64,000 nucleotides of DNA from Spirochaetota bacterium (GCA_036745755.1 DAIOFM010000001.1:13796-77795), one strand, 5' to 3'. Shown: positions 19,558 through 28,076, counted from the stretch's first letter. The notes: generated by a model from the sequence alone, not told the origin. Program-made: numbers and translations.

Positions 19558-19914
19558 ATGGATAAAAGAGAATACCCCAGATACGACAAAGACCTTCAGG
19601 TTGATTACGCCTATCAGCAGAAAGTCCCAACAACAGAAGAACATGGAAGGATTCTCAACATAAGCCTTGGAGGGATTTATATGCTCTCAGGCTCAATTCT
19701 TGAAAAGGGGATGGAAATTACACTGACTTTCACAATCAATAAAAACAACAAAATGACTACACTAACCACTACCGGTTCTGTACTGAGATCAGGAAAAATT
19801 TCTGATGAACCGGAAATGTCACAAAAGTATGATATTAAGGCTCCTGAAAACAGATGCTTTGCCGTAATTAAATTTAACGCGCCTTTTATTGAGCTTTCAT
19901 TTATGCTTCACTGA
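19558..19914 (+). CDS. Stand-alone PilZ-domain c-di-GMP receptor
   Basis: RxxxR (REYPR) near the N-terminus and N-x-S-x-x-G (NISLGG). Confidence 0.8.
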   Translation: MDKREYPRYDKDLQVDYAYQQKVPTTEEHGRILNISLGGIYMLSGSILEKGMEITLTFTINKNNKMTTLTTTGSVLRSGKISDEPEMSQKYDIKAPENRCFAVIKFNAPFIELSFMLH

Positions 19915-20999
19915 AACTGAAGAATCAGATCTCCCCAGTTGAATTTTTTTCCGATAAAAAGCTCAATACAGGAATCAACAACTCCCGGTTCATATTTCAC
20001 ACCCCTGTATTTCTTTATCTCCTCAAGAGCACTGTCCAGGCCGGGAGAAATTCTGTAGGGCCTGTTTGTCCCCATTGCCTCAACAACATCCGCAACACAT
20101 AAAATTTTTGCCTCAAGCCTGATCTCATCCCCTTCAAGAGCGAAAGGATATCCGCTTCCATCTATCTTCTCATGGTGTTGAAGCACAATAGACGCAACAG
20201 GCCAGGGAAACTCTATATCTCTGAGAATATCAAATCCCCTCCTGGGATGTGTCCTGATTACGTTTAATTCCTCTTCAGGAAGCTCCCCCGGTTTTGTCAG
20301 AAATTCACTGGGTACATAAATTTTACCGATATCATGCAGAAGTCCCGCGACCCTTATTCCCTCAACTGTATGCTCATCAAGCCCCATGTTCGCGGCTATG
20401 GCACTTGCAAGCTTTGCAACTCTCTGCTGGTGGCCCGAGGTATACGGGTCCCTAAGCTCAAGGGCATATGTCAGTGAATTGACAGTCTGAAGAAAAAGCC
20501 TTTTAGCAAGATCCGAACTCTCGTTAAACTGTTTTGTCCTTATTGCCACTTTCTCCTCAAGCTCCCTGTTTATCATGTCCAGGTCCCGGTTCTTGTCTAT
20601 AAGCTCATGCTGCAGAAGCTGTATCTCATTTCTGCTCTGCTGTAGAGAATGGTAAAAAAGCGTCTCATTGGTAACGTTCCTTATGACAACTATTGCGGGA
20701 AAACCCCTGTAGCTGTGACTGAGGAAATAGAGGTTAAAAAAAATATCAAACTCGCTGCTTCTGTTTATTCTTCTTATACTGAATTCCTTCTTCTCCCCTT
20801 TGATAACTCTCATTATCTCCGGTTCAAGGCCTATTGCCTCATTAAAAAAATCAGTAAGGTACACATCGCGCAGAGAGGGCTTTACAGAGAGGAAATCGCA
20901 TATGCTGTCATTTTCAAAATGGAGAACCAGTTCACTGTCTATCATGCCGTAATAGAGACCGAACCTGTTAAAGAGCGACAGTGCGAAGCTGTTATTCAT
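19908..20999 (-). CDS. HD-GYP c-di-GMP phosphodiesterase with N-terminal PAS-like sensor domain
   Basis: HDIGKI … HHEKIDGSGYP. N-terminal about 120 aa paralogous to the N-terminus of the PP2C gene at 21558-23120. Confidence 0.9.
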   Translation of the reverse strand: MNNSFALSLFNRFGLYYGMIDSELVLHFENDSICDFLSVKPSLRDVYLTDFFNEAIGLEPEIMRVIKGEKKEFSIRRINRSSEFDIFFNLYFLSHSYRGFPAIVVIRNVTNETLFYHSLQQSRNEIQLLQHELIDKNRDLDMINRELEEKVAIRTKQFNESSDLAKRLFLQTVNSLTYALELRDPYTSGHQQRVAKLASAIAANMGLDEHTVEGIRVAGLLHDIGKIYVPSEFLTKPGELPEEELNVIRTHPRRGFDILRDIEFPWPVASIVLQHHEKIDGSGYPFALEGDEIRLEAKILCVADVVEAMGTNRPYRISPGLDSALEEIKKYRGVKYEPGVVDSCIELFIGKKFNWGDLILQFQ

Positions 21000-21525
21000 C
21001 TGGATTACCCCTTAAAATCAATTCAGCAAGGGATTTAAAAAGTTCATTAACATTCTCCCCGCTCCTGGCGCTTGTAAAAAAAACTTCAGGCGTCCCGCTG
21101 TTTTTTTCACTGAAAATACCGCTCTTCAGGTACGCCTCCCTGTCATCACCCTTTTTCAGCAGGTCAACCTTGTTCAGCGCAATTACAATTCCCGCCCCGC
21201 TGTTCATAGAGTGAATCATGTCAATATGACTTTTTATATTTTCAACCGAATCTCTCCGGTTAATGTCGGCAACAATTATTCCCCCGGACGCACCGCGGAG
21301 ATATTCAGGTGATATTGCTGTAAACCTGTCGCTCCCGGCAATGTCCCAGAGGAGCATCGAGACTTCTCTTTTTTCCAGGGAGAGATCCTTTTTTGTAACT
21401 TTTACCCCTATTGTAGTAAGATAGGAATCGCTGAACTCATCATAAACAAAGCGGCGGACCAGGCTTGTTTTACCAACAGCAAAATCACCAAGCATCACAA
21501 TCTTCCATTTATAACCATCTGTCAT
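20992..21525 (-). CDS. Ras-superfamily small GTPase (Rab-like)
   Basis: G1 GDFAVGKTS, switch I YLTTIGV, G3 WDIAGSDRF, G4 LNKVD, G5 TSARSG. AAGGGAG SD. Confidence 0.9.
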   Translation of the reverse strand: MTDGYKWKIVMLGDFAVGKTSLVRRFVYDEFSDSYLTTIGVKVTKKDLSLEKREVSMLLWDIAGSDRFTAISPEYLRGASGGIIVADINRRDSVENIKSHIDMIHSMNSGAGIVIALNKVDLLKKGDDREAYLKSGIFSEKNSGTPEVFFTSARSGENVNELFKSLAELILRGNPDE

Positions 21526-21557
21526 CAGCAGCTCCCTTTTATCTTTTTTACCTTACA

Positions 21558-23120
21558 CTAATTTATATAAAAACCAAGGAGAAGGATATCATCCTCCTGC
21601 CTGTTCTCCCCCCTGAATAATATAACTTCATCAATCACCGATTTCACCGTTTCTTTTAAGGTTTTTTTTCGCGCCCGTTTAAAAAGCTCAAGAAGGGAAT
21701 CGTCAAAGCCTATTATGCTGCCGTTTATGTCGGATGTTGACGGGATCCCGTCAGTATAGAGAAAGAGCATGTCCCCCGGATCCAGTTCAATTCTGAACTC
21801 ATCAAATTTCTGTTCCTCAAAGATGCCTATGACAGCGTTGTTCCCTCCCGCAAAAAAAACCTCCCCGCTTCTTTTCATTATTACAGGATGGGGGTGACCG
21901 CCGTTGGCGAAACGGAATTCCATCTTCTCCCCGTGAACGATAGAACCGGCAATTGCTGAAAAAAAATAGAACATCGTATTTCCTTTGAAATACTCCCTGT
22001 TTATAAGGCTTAAATATTCCGAAGGGGCAATCCAGTTCCACTGATCAAGGTTTTCGGTAAAATACTTTATAAGAGAGAGAAAAAGCGCTGAAGCCACACC
22101 ATGCCCTGTTATATCACAGACAAAGACCCCGGTAAAACCGTCAAAGGAGACTACCGAGTAGTAATCACCTCCTATCTGCTCAAGGGGGAGATATGAACAT
22201 TCTATCTCAACCCCCTCTGTTTCAGGAAACTCCTTCTGGATCAGTGTATCAACAGCCTTCCTGGCAATGAGAAGGTTGTTTTCCATTATCTCAATCTTCT
22301 GGCTCAGGGCATTTTTACTTAAAGCAAGATCGGTCAGGGCGGTTCTCAGCTGCTCCTCCATTACTTTTCTTTCTGTTATATCAACAATCGCACTGACAAT
22401 TACCCTGCTATTTATATCCGGGCCGAAAAAGATCGATTTACTGATCATCACATGCCTCTCTTCCCCTTTTCCGTCACTGATGCCTGCCTCATAACTCCTG
22501 ATTCCGCCGGATTTCAAAAGCTCATCATCAAAGCGCAATAACTCCGCACCCCTAGCAGTTATAAAATTAATATCACTCCCTATTATATCCGATCTGCTTT
22601 TTGAGGTAAACTCCTCAAATCCCCTGTTGCAACCCAGGCAGATTCCTTTTGAATCCCTGTAGAAGATCGGGGCCGGTATTGTATCAAGAAGGGTATTTAT
22701 GAACTCCTCCCTCTTTACAAGCTCAAGGTTTTTTAAAACCACCTCGTTTCTTCTCTGCTGAGCCTCCCGGAACGAAATGCTGTTTTCAGTAATATCCTCA
22801 ACAACAACATACGAGTATCCGCTCCCTTTAATGTCTGAAAAAAAATGAAGGTTAAAAAAGATCTCCTCCCCGGCTGTCCTGTTTATCCTTCTTATCGATA
22901 CGCTTTCCCTCTCACCCTTTATAACTTCAATAATTTCATTTTCAATCCCTATAACCTCGGGGAAAAGTTCCTGAAGCGATACTTCATTCTCCATGCAGAT
23001 TCCGCATGCAAGGTATTCAACAAGCCTGCTGTCAGGAAATTTTACATTCAGGGAGAGATCCGTTACAGCGTAAAAAATTCCGAACCTGCTGCTTATAATG
23101 TTGCTTAATCCCCGTTCCAT
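21558..23120 (-). CDS. PAS-like + PAS + SpoIIE/PP2C-type serine phosphatase
   Basis: Central PAS (…VSAIVDITERK). C-terminal PP2C motifs GGDYY, DITGHG, LYTDGI. N-terminal domain shared with the HD-GYP protein. Confidence 0.85.
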   Translation of the reverse strand: MERGLSNIISSRFGIFYAVTDLSLNVKFPDSRLVEYLACGICMENEVSLQELFPEVIGIENEIIEVIKGERESVSIRRINRTAGEEIFFNLHFFSDIKGSGYSYVVVEDITENSISFREAQQRRNEVVLKNLELVKREEFINTLLDTIPAPIFYRDSKGICLGCNRGFEEFTSKSRSDIIGSDINFITARGAELLRFDDELLKSGGIRSYEAGISDGKGEERHVMISKSIFFGPDINSRVIVSAIVDITERKVMEEQLRTALTDLALSKNALSQKIEIMENNLLIARKAVDTLIQKEFPETEGVEIECSYLPLEQIGGDYYSVVSFDGFTGVFVCDITGHGVASALFLSLIKYFTENLDQWNWIAPSEYLSLINREYFKGNTMFYFFSAIAGSIVHGEKMEFRFANGGHPHPVIMKRSGEVFFAGGNNAVIGIFEEQKFDEFRIELDPGDMLFLYTDGIPSTSDINGSIIGFDDSLLELFKRARKKTLKETVKSVIDEVILFRGENRQEDDILLLGFYIN

Positions 23121-23124
23121 TTAA

Positions 23125-24891
23125 TTAATCATTTTTTAGTGTAGGGAAGAGCATTATTCCTCTTCGGTCTGAAAATCCCGCGTACCTGGGATCAGCGGAA
23201 ATCACATCGGGATTGAACCCGGTCAGATGGATTCTCTCTCTTTCAATTCCCAGGGACTCAAGGGAGGAGGCGACCCCCCTCATCCTCCCCTCCGCCAGCC
23301 TTTTATTTACTTCAAATCCCCCGGCCGGATCATTGAAAGCAATAATATCAAGATGTATCCCGGGATACCCCTTTACTATTTCGTATACTCTTCTGGCCTG
23401 AAGGTTCTGGCTGTTCCCCATCCTGTCAACGCCTGTGGGAAACTGGATGACAATCTTCTCAAGTTCCTGTCTTATAAGAAGGAGCTGGAGATCCTCGAAT
23501 TTTTTCTCAAGTTCCAGAAAGTTTTTATGGTACTTTTCAGCTGTCCTGAAATCAGCGAGTACCGTTTTGTTTTCCACATCCTTAATCCCGGGAAGGGAGG
23601 ATGCTATTTCCGCCAGGTTTTCTGAAACTTCAGGAGTGCTCACAAGCCCGGTAAGAAGCAACCTGCTCCCCTCCGCATCAGCCTTTACATCAAAGGAATA
23701 CCTGGGAAGTTTATCCGCCTCAGCATAAAATTTCTTTTCAAGCCGGCAGTCATCTATTTCAGACTTTACGGCAAAACCTGCCAGCAGCAGTAAAGCAACC
23801 AGCAGAACTCCGACAGCGAACTTCAGTTTCCTGAAATTCCTGTTCACCCCCTGCCCCGGAACAATCACCATGTTTATCCTTGAAATAAAATTCTCCAGCA
23901 TCGGGTTCATACCCTCAAGGCCGTACATAGATCCGTCAAATTTCTTCAGTTTCATTCTGAATGTTTCATGAATGTCACTGTCAAGGGATGCGCTCTCTGT
24001 TATGAAATCCATTCCCGGCGCCCCCTGCACAACATAGGCACTGTAGAAAAAAGGTGTCTCCTGGATTAGAATCCTGGAATCCCCGAACTCAATCCCGTTA
24101 AGGGAGGCCCCCCCCTCCTCCCCCTTCTTCTTTTTTTTAAAAGAGGTACGGACAAAATCCATTATGGCTGAAAGCATTGCCACAACAATATCCCTGTCGC
24201 TCTCCGCATCCCCATGCCTTGAAGCGTGCCCTATAAGGAGTGAACTTTTCTTTTCAATAACCAGCACCTCGTCAACAACGCATGCCAGGCTCTCCTTCAG
24301 TATCACCTCCCCGACGGGAAGACCTGTTCTGAAAGCTATATACCTGAAGCGCCACATCTTCCCGCTAAGAGCGGATTCAAGCCTGTCATTGACGTAATTT
24401 ACAAGGGCGCGAAATGCCTCGGAGATCCTGGCGGCAATAAGCCTCCCCACAAGAGGAGAGATCCGTTCAAATAGATCACCCGAAGGAACATAGTCCATCC
24501 TTTTCATATATGAGACGTCCTCTTCGAGATGCTTGATCTTCCTGGCATTAACATAGGCAAGGACGATCTCCTCAATGGTCTCCTCTATTTCATTAAAGGA
24601 TATATGTACGAATTTCCCGGCAGGTTTATAATCAATTATCCTGTACCTGTGAAGGGTATTAATGCTCTGGTAAACCTCCATTGATGAAAGGTCTGTAGCC
24701 TCTGCTATGAGGTTGTAGTGGGTCTTAATATCTGTTTTACTCTGGTTGGTCAGTTCAAGCAGCACACCAAGGACAACCGAGTCCTTCTCGTCCAGTGAGT
24801 GTTTCTTTACAAAATGCCGCAATATCGGATTATCAAATGTTATGCTCTTCTTAAGAATTGATACCTCTTTACCGATCTCTCCCTTTTTCAT
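23125..24891 (-). CDS. Membrane protein: wHTH-like N-terminus, Roadblock/LC7-like middle, one TM, BON-like and OmpA_C-like periplasmic end
   Basis: TM FAVGVLLVALLLLAGFAV (nt about 23768-23820). BON-like …LLLTGLVSTPEVSENLAEIASSLPGIKDVENKTV. OmpA-like …NKRLAEGRMRGVASSLESLGI. Roadblock call is pattern-based (nt about 24008-24293). ATG 24891 has a GGAAGG SD; the tracked TTG 24945 does not. Confidence 0.7.
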   Translation of the reverse strand: MKKGEIGKEVSILKKSITFDNPILRHFVKKHSLDEKDSVVLGVLLELTNQSKTDIKTHYNLIAEATDLSSMEVYQSINTLHRYRIIDYKPAGKFVHISFNEIEETIEEIVLAYVNARKIKHLEEDVSYMKRMDYVPSGDLFERISPLVGRLIAARISEAFRALVNYVNDRLESALSGKMWRFRYIAFRTGLPVGEVILKESLACVVDEVLVIEKKSSLLIGHASRHGDAESDRDIVVAMLSAIMDFVRTSFKKKKKGEEGGASLNGIEFGDSRILIQETPFFYSAYVVQGAPGMDFITESASLDSDIHETFRMKLKKFDGSMYGLEGMNPMLENFISRINMVIVPGQGVNRNFRKLKFAVGVLLVALLLLAGFAVKSEIDDCRLEKKFYAEADKLPRYSFDVKADAEGSRLLLTGLVSTPEVSENLAEIASSLPGIKDVENKTVLADFRTAEKYHKNFLELEKKFEDLQLLLIRQELEKIVIQFPTGVDRMGNSQNLQARRVYEIVKGYPGIHLDIIAFNDPAGGFEVNKRLAEGRMRGVASSLESLGIERERIHLTGFNPDVISADPRYAGFSDRRGIMLFPTLKND

Positions 24892-24944
24892 CCCGACCTT
24901 CCGGTTTAAAAAAATTTTGTAAAACTTCTCCTCAGGTATATTCA

Positions 24945-24973
24945 AATTTACACTTTAAAAGCAGGTGAGTCAA
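24945..24973 (-). promoter_or_regulatory. Putative sigma70 promoter of the GTPase operon
   Basis: Minus strand TTGACT (24973-24968), 17-nt spacer, TAAATT (24950-24945). The implied TSS lies downstream of the tracked TTG, supporting the ATG at 24891. Confidence 0.35.
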
Positions 24974-25043
24974 GTCATATCACTTCATTAAATTAATATA
25001 CCTCCGGGCTTTAGCGCACCGGCACAGGAATTTCTTTGTTGAC

Positions 25044-25071
25044 AAAAATAGTTTTGTATAAAACTATTTTT
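25044..25071. promoter_or_regulatory. Perfect 28-bp palindrome, candidate MarR operator
   Basis: AAAAATAGTTTT-GTAT-AAAACTATTTTT (12-bp arms), abutting TTGACA at 25039-25044, upstream of marR. Confidence 0.5.
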
Positions 25072-25098
25072 TTATTAACTTATAAAGAACAGGGAAAA

Positions 25099-25551
25099 AT
25101 GATGACGATCAACAGTGATAATTTTCTTTACGCAATCTCAAAAATCCGGCAGAACCTTTTTTCCTTTCTTGAAAGAGAGATGGCAGAAAAAAAAATCAGC
25201 GACATATCCCCTTCAGACGGAGATATCCTCTTCGCAATCGACCGTAACGGCCCACTCTCCCTGCAGGAGCTTGCGGCACTGACAATGAAGGACAAGTCAA
25301 CAGTATCATCGGTAGTAAAAAAACTCGAAAAAAAAGGCTACCTTACAAAAGAAAAGGGGGCGGAAGACGGGCGTCTTTTGAAAATTTCACTCACGCCCAG
25401 GGCCCTGAAAAGAAAAGCGGTACTCTGGAAAATATCTTTCTCGATGAATGAAAGGATCTTCACCGGACTGACTGACGAAGAGAAGACGAAACTTTTTGAA
25501 ATTATGGAAAAAATTTACAAAAACCTTAAACCGGGAGAAAGTTATGATTGA
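25099..25551 (+). CDS. MarR-family transcriptional regulator
   Basis: Winged helix …LSLQELAALTMKDKSTVSSVVKKLEKKGYLTKEK…DGR. ATG 25099 preferred, since the tracked start lies inside the promoter/palindrome. Confidence 0.85.
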   Translation: MMTINSDNFLYAISKIRQNLFSFLEREMAEKKISDISPSDGDILFAIDRNGPLSLQELAALTMKDKSTVSSVVKKLEKKGYLTKEKGAEDGRLLKISLTPRALKRKAVLWKISFSMNERIFTGLTDEEKTKLFEIMEKIYKNLKPGESYD

Positions 25552-26350
25552 AGTCAACGATTTCGGTAAAGTGACTCAGATCAGGCTTAGCAGGGAACTC
25601 AACGGAAACGCTGTTTACTGGGTATCATCCTATCTCGTTGACGGCCTCCTTATAGATACCGGGAGCGATCATACCTCGGATGAACTTGTTTCTTTCCTCA
25701 AAACGCGTAAAATAAAACAGGCCGTAAATACTCACTACCATGAAGATCACATAGGGGGTAACAAAAAAATCAGGGAAACCTTCGGGATAGATATCTATGC
25801 TCACAGGGATTCTGTTCCTCTGATAAATTCAAAACCGGAACTCTATCCATATCAGGAAATTGCATTCGGTTACCCTGAACCCTCTGAGGTGAAAATCATT
25901 CCGGATACAATTGAAACCGGTAAATATAAATTCAGGGTAATAGAGACCCCGGGCCACAGCAGGGGGCACGTGGTACTCATGGAGATGTCAGAAGGATGGT
26001 GCTTTTCAGGCGATATATTCGTCAGGGAAAACATTAAATATATCCGTCCCGAGGAGAATATCGGTGAACAGATTGAGTCTATGAAGATGCTCTACTCTCT
26101 ACCCTCTGAAAAACTTGTTTTATTTACAGCAACAGGGAGAGTTATTGAGGATGGGAGAAAGTCCCTGAATGAATGTGTTGAAAATCTCAATGCACTGGGG
26201 AAAAAAGTCAGGGAGATGTCCGGAAAGGGAAAATCCCCTGAAGAGATAATGACAGCCCTTTTCGGAGGGGAACACTCTTTTTCGCAGTTAACCAACGGGC
26301 AGTTCTCAACACTTAACCTGGTTAAATCTATCCTTGAAGTCAGTCTTTAA
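25544..26350 (+). CDS. MBL-fold metallo-hydrolase
   Basis: HYHEDHIGG motif, TPGHSRGH. GGAGAAAG SD. 8-nt overlap with marR. Confidence 0.85.
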   Translation: MIEVNDFGKVTQIRLSRELNGNAVYWVSSYLVDGLLIDTGSDHTSDELVSFLKTRKIKQAVNTHYHEDHIGGNKKIRETFGIDIYAHRDSVPLINSKPELYPYQEIAFGYPEPSEVKIIPDTIETGKYKFRVIETPGHSRGHVVLMEMSEGWCFSGDIFVRENIKYIRPEENIGEQIESMKMLYSLPSEKLVLFTATGRVIEDGRKSLNECVENLNALGKKVREMSGKGKSPEEIMTALFGGEHSFSQLTNGQFSTLNLVKSILEVSL

Positions 26351-26385
26351 TTCTTAAATTATTTCAGGTAAAAAATACTCTGTTA

Positions 26386-26410
26386 CCCCCGCCGCCTTCA
26401 GCGGCGGGGG
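26386..26410 (+). terminator. GC-rich hairpin after the MBL gene
   Basis: CCCCCGCCGC-cttca-GCGGCGGGGG; no clear U-tract. Confidence 0.45.
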
Positions 26411-26475
26411 TATATAATCTTTACTTTACTTTTAACGCCTGAATTAAAATTCAAAAATTATTACAGCCTTTAAAT

Positions 26476-26510
26476 AAAATAATCCCCGCGATGCGGGGAT
26501 TATTTTTTCT
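26476..26510. terminator. Bidirectional intrinsic terminator
   Basis: 14-bp stem AAAATAATCCCCGC-gat-GCGGGGATTATTTT with flanking A/T runs, between convergent genes. Confidence 0.75.
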
Positions 26511-26542
26511 GTCAGATGAAAAATTTTTTTACTTACAGCTTA

Positions 26543-27823
26543 TCAGTGAGTATCATTGGCCAGTTTGTATTTTTCTATAAAATAGAAAATTAAACTGAGA
26601 AGCATACCTGCAACAGTGGCAAGGGCCATACCCTTGAGCTGAACATGACCTATCTTAAGATAAGCGCCGCTTATACCAACGATAAAAACTACAGAAGTAA
26701 GTATAAGGTTTGATGCCCTGCTGTAATCAACTTTTTCATCAACAAGCATCCTGATACCTGAAGCTGCAATTACACCGAAAAGAAGGAGGCTTATTCCGCC
26801 CATTACAGGAACAGGGATAGACTGGATCAGGCCGGAAAGCTTTCCGATAAAAGCAAGAAATATAGAAATCACAGCCGCTCCGCCAATTACCCATACAGAG
26901 TAGACGCGTGTTATGGCCATAACGCCCATGTTCTCCCCGTATGTTGTTGTAGGAACAGAACCTGTAAAACCTGAAATTACTGTTGATATACCGTCACCCA
27001 TAAGCGACCTGTGGAGGCCCGGATCCCTGGTAAGATCCCTCTCAACGATATTACCTGTTACGATAAGGTGACCTATATGTTCAGATACAACAACAAGGGC
27101 TGCCGGTAATATTACGATTATTGCATTTATATTGAATTTCGGAAAATAAAACTGCGGAACAGCAAGGATACCCGCTTTTGCCACAGGCTCAAAATTCACA
27201 AGATCCAGAGGGAGTGCAACACAGTAACCGACAATAATGGCAATAAGAATCGGTATAACAGCCAGAAAACCCCTGAGCATAACTGAACCGAAAACAGCCA
27301 CTGCAAGTGTAACCATGGAGACAAGAACAGCCTTGCCGTTATAAACTCCCTGAGCATCAGGAATAATCCCAGACATTGATGCAGCAACTGTCCCAAGCTC
27401 AAGACCGATAAGTGCAACTATAGGGCCCATTGCTGCGGGAGGGAGAACAACCTTCAGCCACTCTATTCCGAAAAAGCCTATAATAAGAGCAACAAGAATA
27501 AATACACACCCCGAAGCTATAAATCCTCCGAGAACAAAACTGTAATTACCGTGCCACAATGCTTTGTCCGCGCCCAGTACAACAAACACCGGAGATATAA
27601 ATGCGAAGCTGGAACCGAGAAAAGCAGGGGCTTTTCCCTTACATATAAATAGATAGATCAATGTTCCGATACCGTTCATAAGAAGAACAATAGCCGGATC
27701 AATCCCGAAAAGCGTCGGGACAAGAACAGACGCGCCGAACATAGCAAACAGGTGCTGAAGACTCAGCGGGAAACCTTCAAGCAGGCCCACCTTCTCCTCA
27801 ACCTGAATAATTCTTCTGGCCAT
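26543..27823 (-). CDS. uraA: NCS2-family uracil/xanthine permease
   Basis: N-terminus …LSLQHLFAMFGASVLVPTLFG and about 12-14 TM helices typical of UraA/PyrP. Confidence 0.88.
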   Translation of the reverse strand: MARRIIQVEEKVGLLEGFPLSLQHLFAMFGASVLVPTLFGIDPAIVLLMNGIGTLIYLFICKGKAPAFLGSSFAFISPVFVVLGADKALWHGNYSFVLGGFIASGCVFILVALIIGFFGIEWLKVVLPPAAMGPIVALIGLELGTVAASMSGIIPDAQGVYNGKAVLVSMVTLAVAVFGSVMLRGFLAVIPILIAIIVGYCVALPLDLVNFEPVAKAGILAVPQFYFPKFNINAIIVILPAALVVVSEHIGHLIVTGNIVERDLTRDPGLHRSLMGDGISTVISGFTGSVPTTTYGENMGVMAITRVYSVWVIGGAAVISIFLAFIGKLSGLIQSIPVPVMGGISLLLFGVIAASGIRMLVDEKVDYSRASNLILTSVVFIVGISGAYLKIGHVQLKGMALATVAGMLLSLIFYFIEKYKLANDTH

Positions 27824-28076
27824 AAGAGACTCCTTTTTATTTTTTTATAGAGATGATTAATGGATTATTAACGGGGCGGAAAAAATGAAAAACCGGATGA
27901 AATATCCACCTTTCCACCCTGTAATAGATAAAACCTGTAAGAGGAGCAGTCAAGGTTTTTATGACATAATCCGCAAAATTATACCAGTTCTTAATATTTC
28001 AGAAGAAACAATTCTTTCAAATACTATAAAAACAAAAACTCTATTATTGCATTACCCTTCCGCATAAGGGGATTTT

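Noticed and set aside
25021-25035. Sigma54-like GGCAC-N5-TTTC upstream of marR.
   Set aside because: The -12 element lacks the conserved GC (TTTC instead of TTGC) and the -24 element lacks the leading T. No enhancer-binding protein is nearby.
27824-28076. PyrR-type attenuator or other riboswitch in the uraA leader, and the 60-aa ORF at 27885-28067.
   Set aside because: No PyrR binding-loop consensus and only a 4-bp hairpin. The ORF has no SD and an AT-driven composition. A TTGACT-17-TATCTA promoter-like pair on the minus strand is plausible but unverified.
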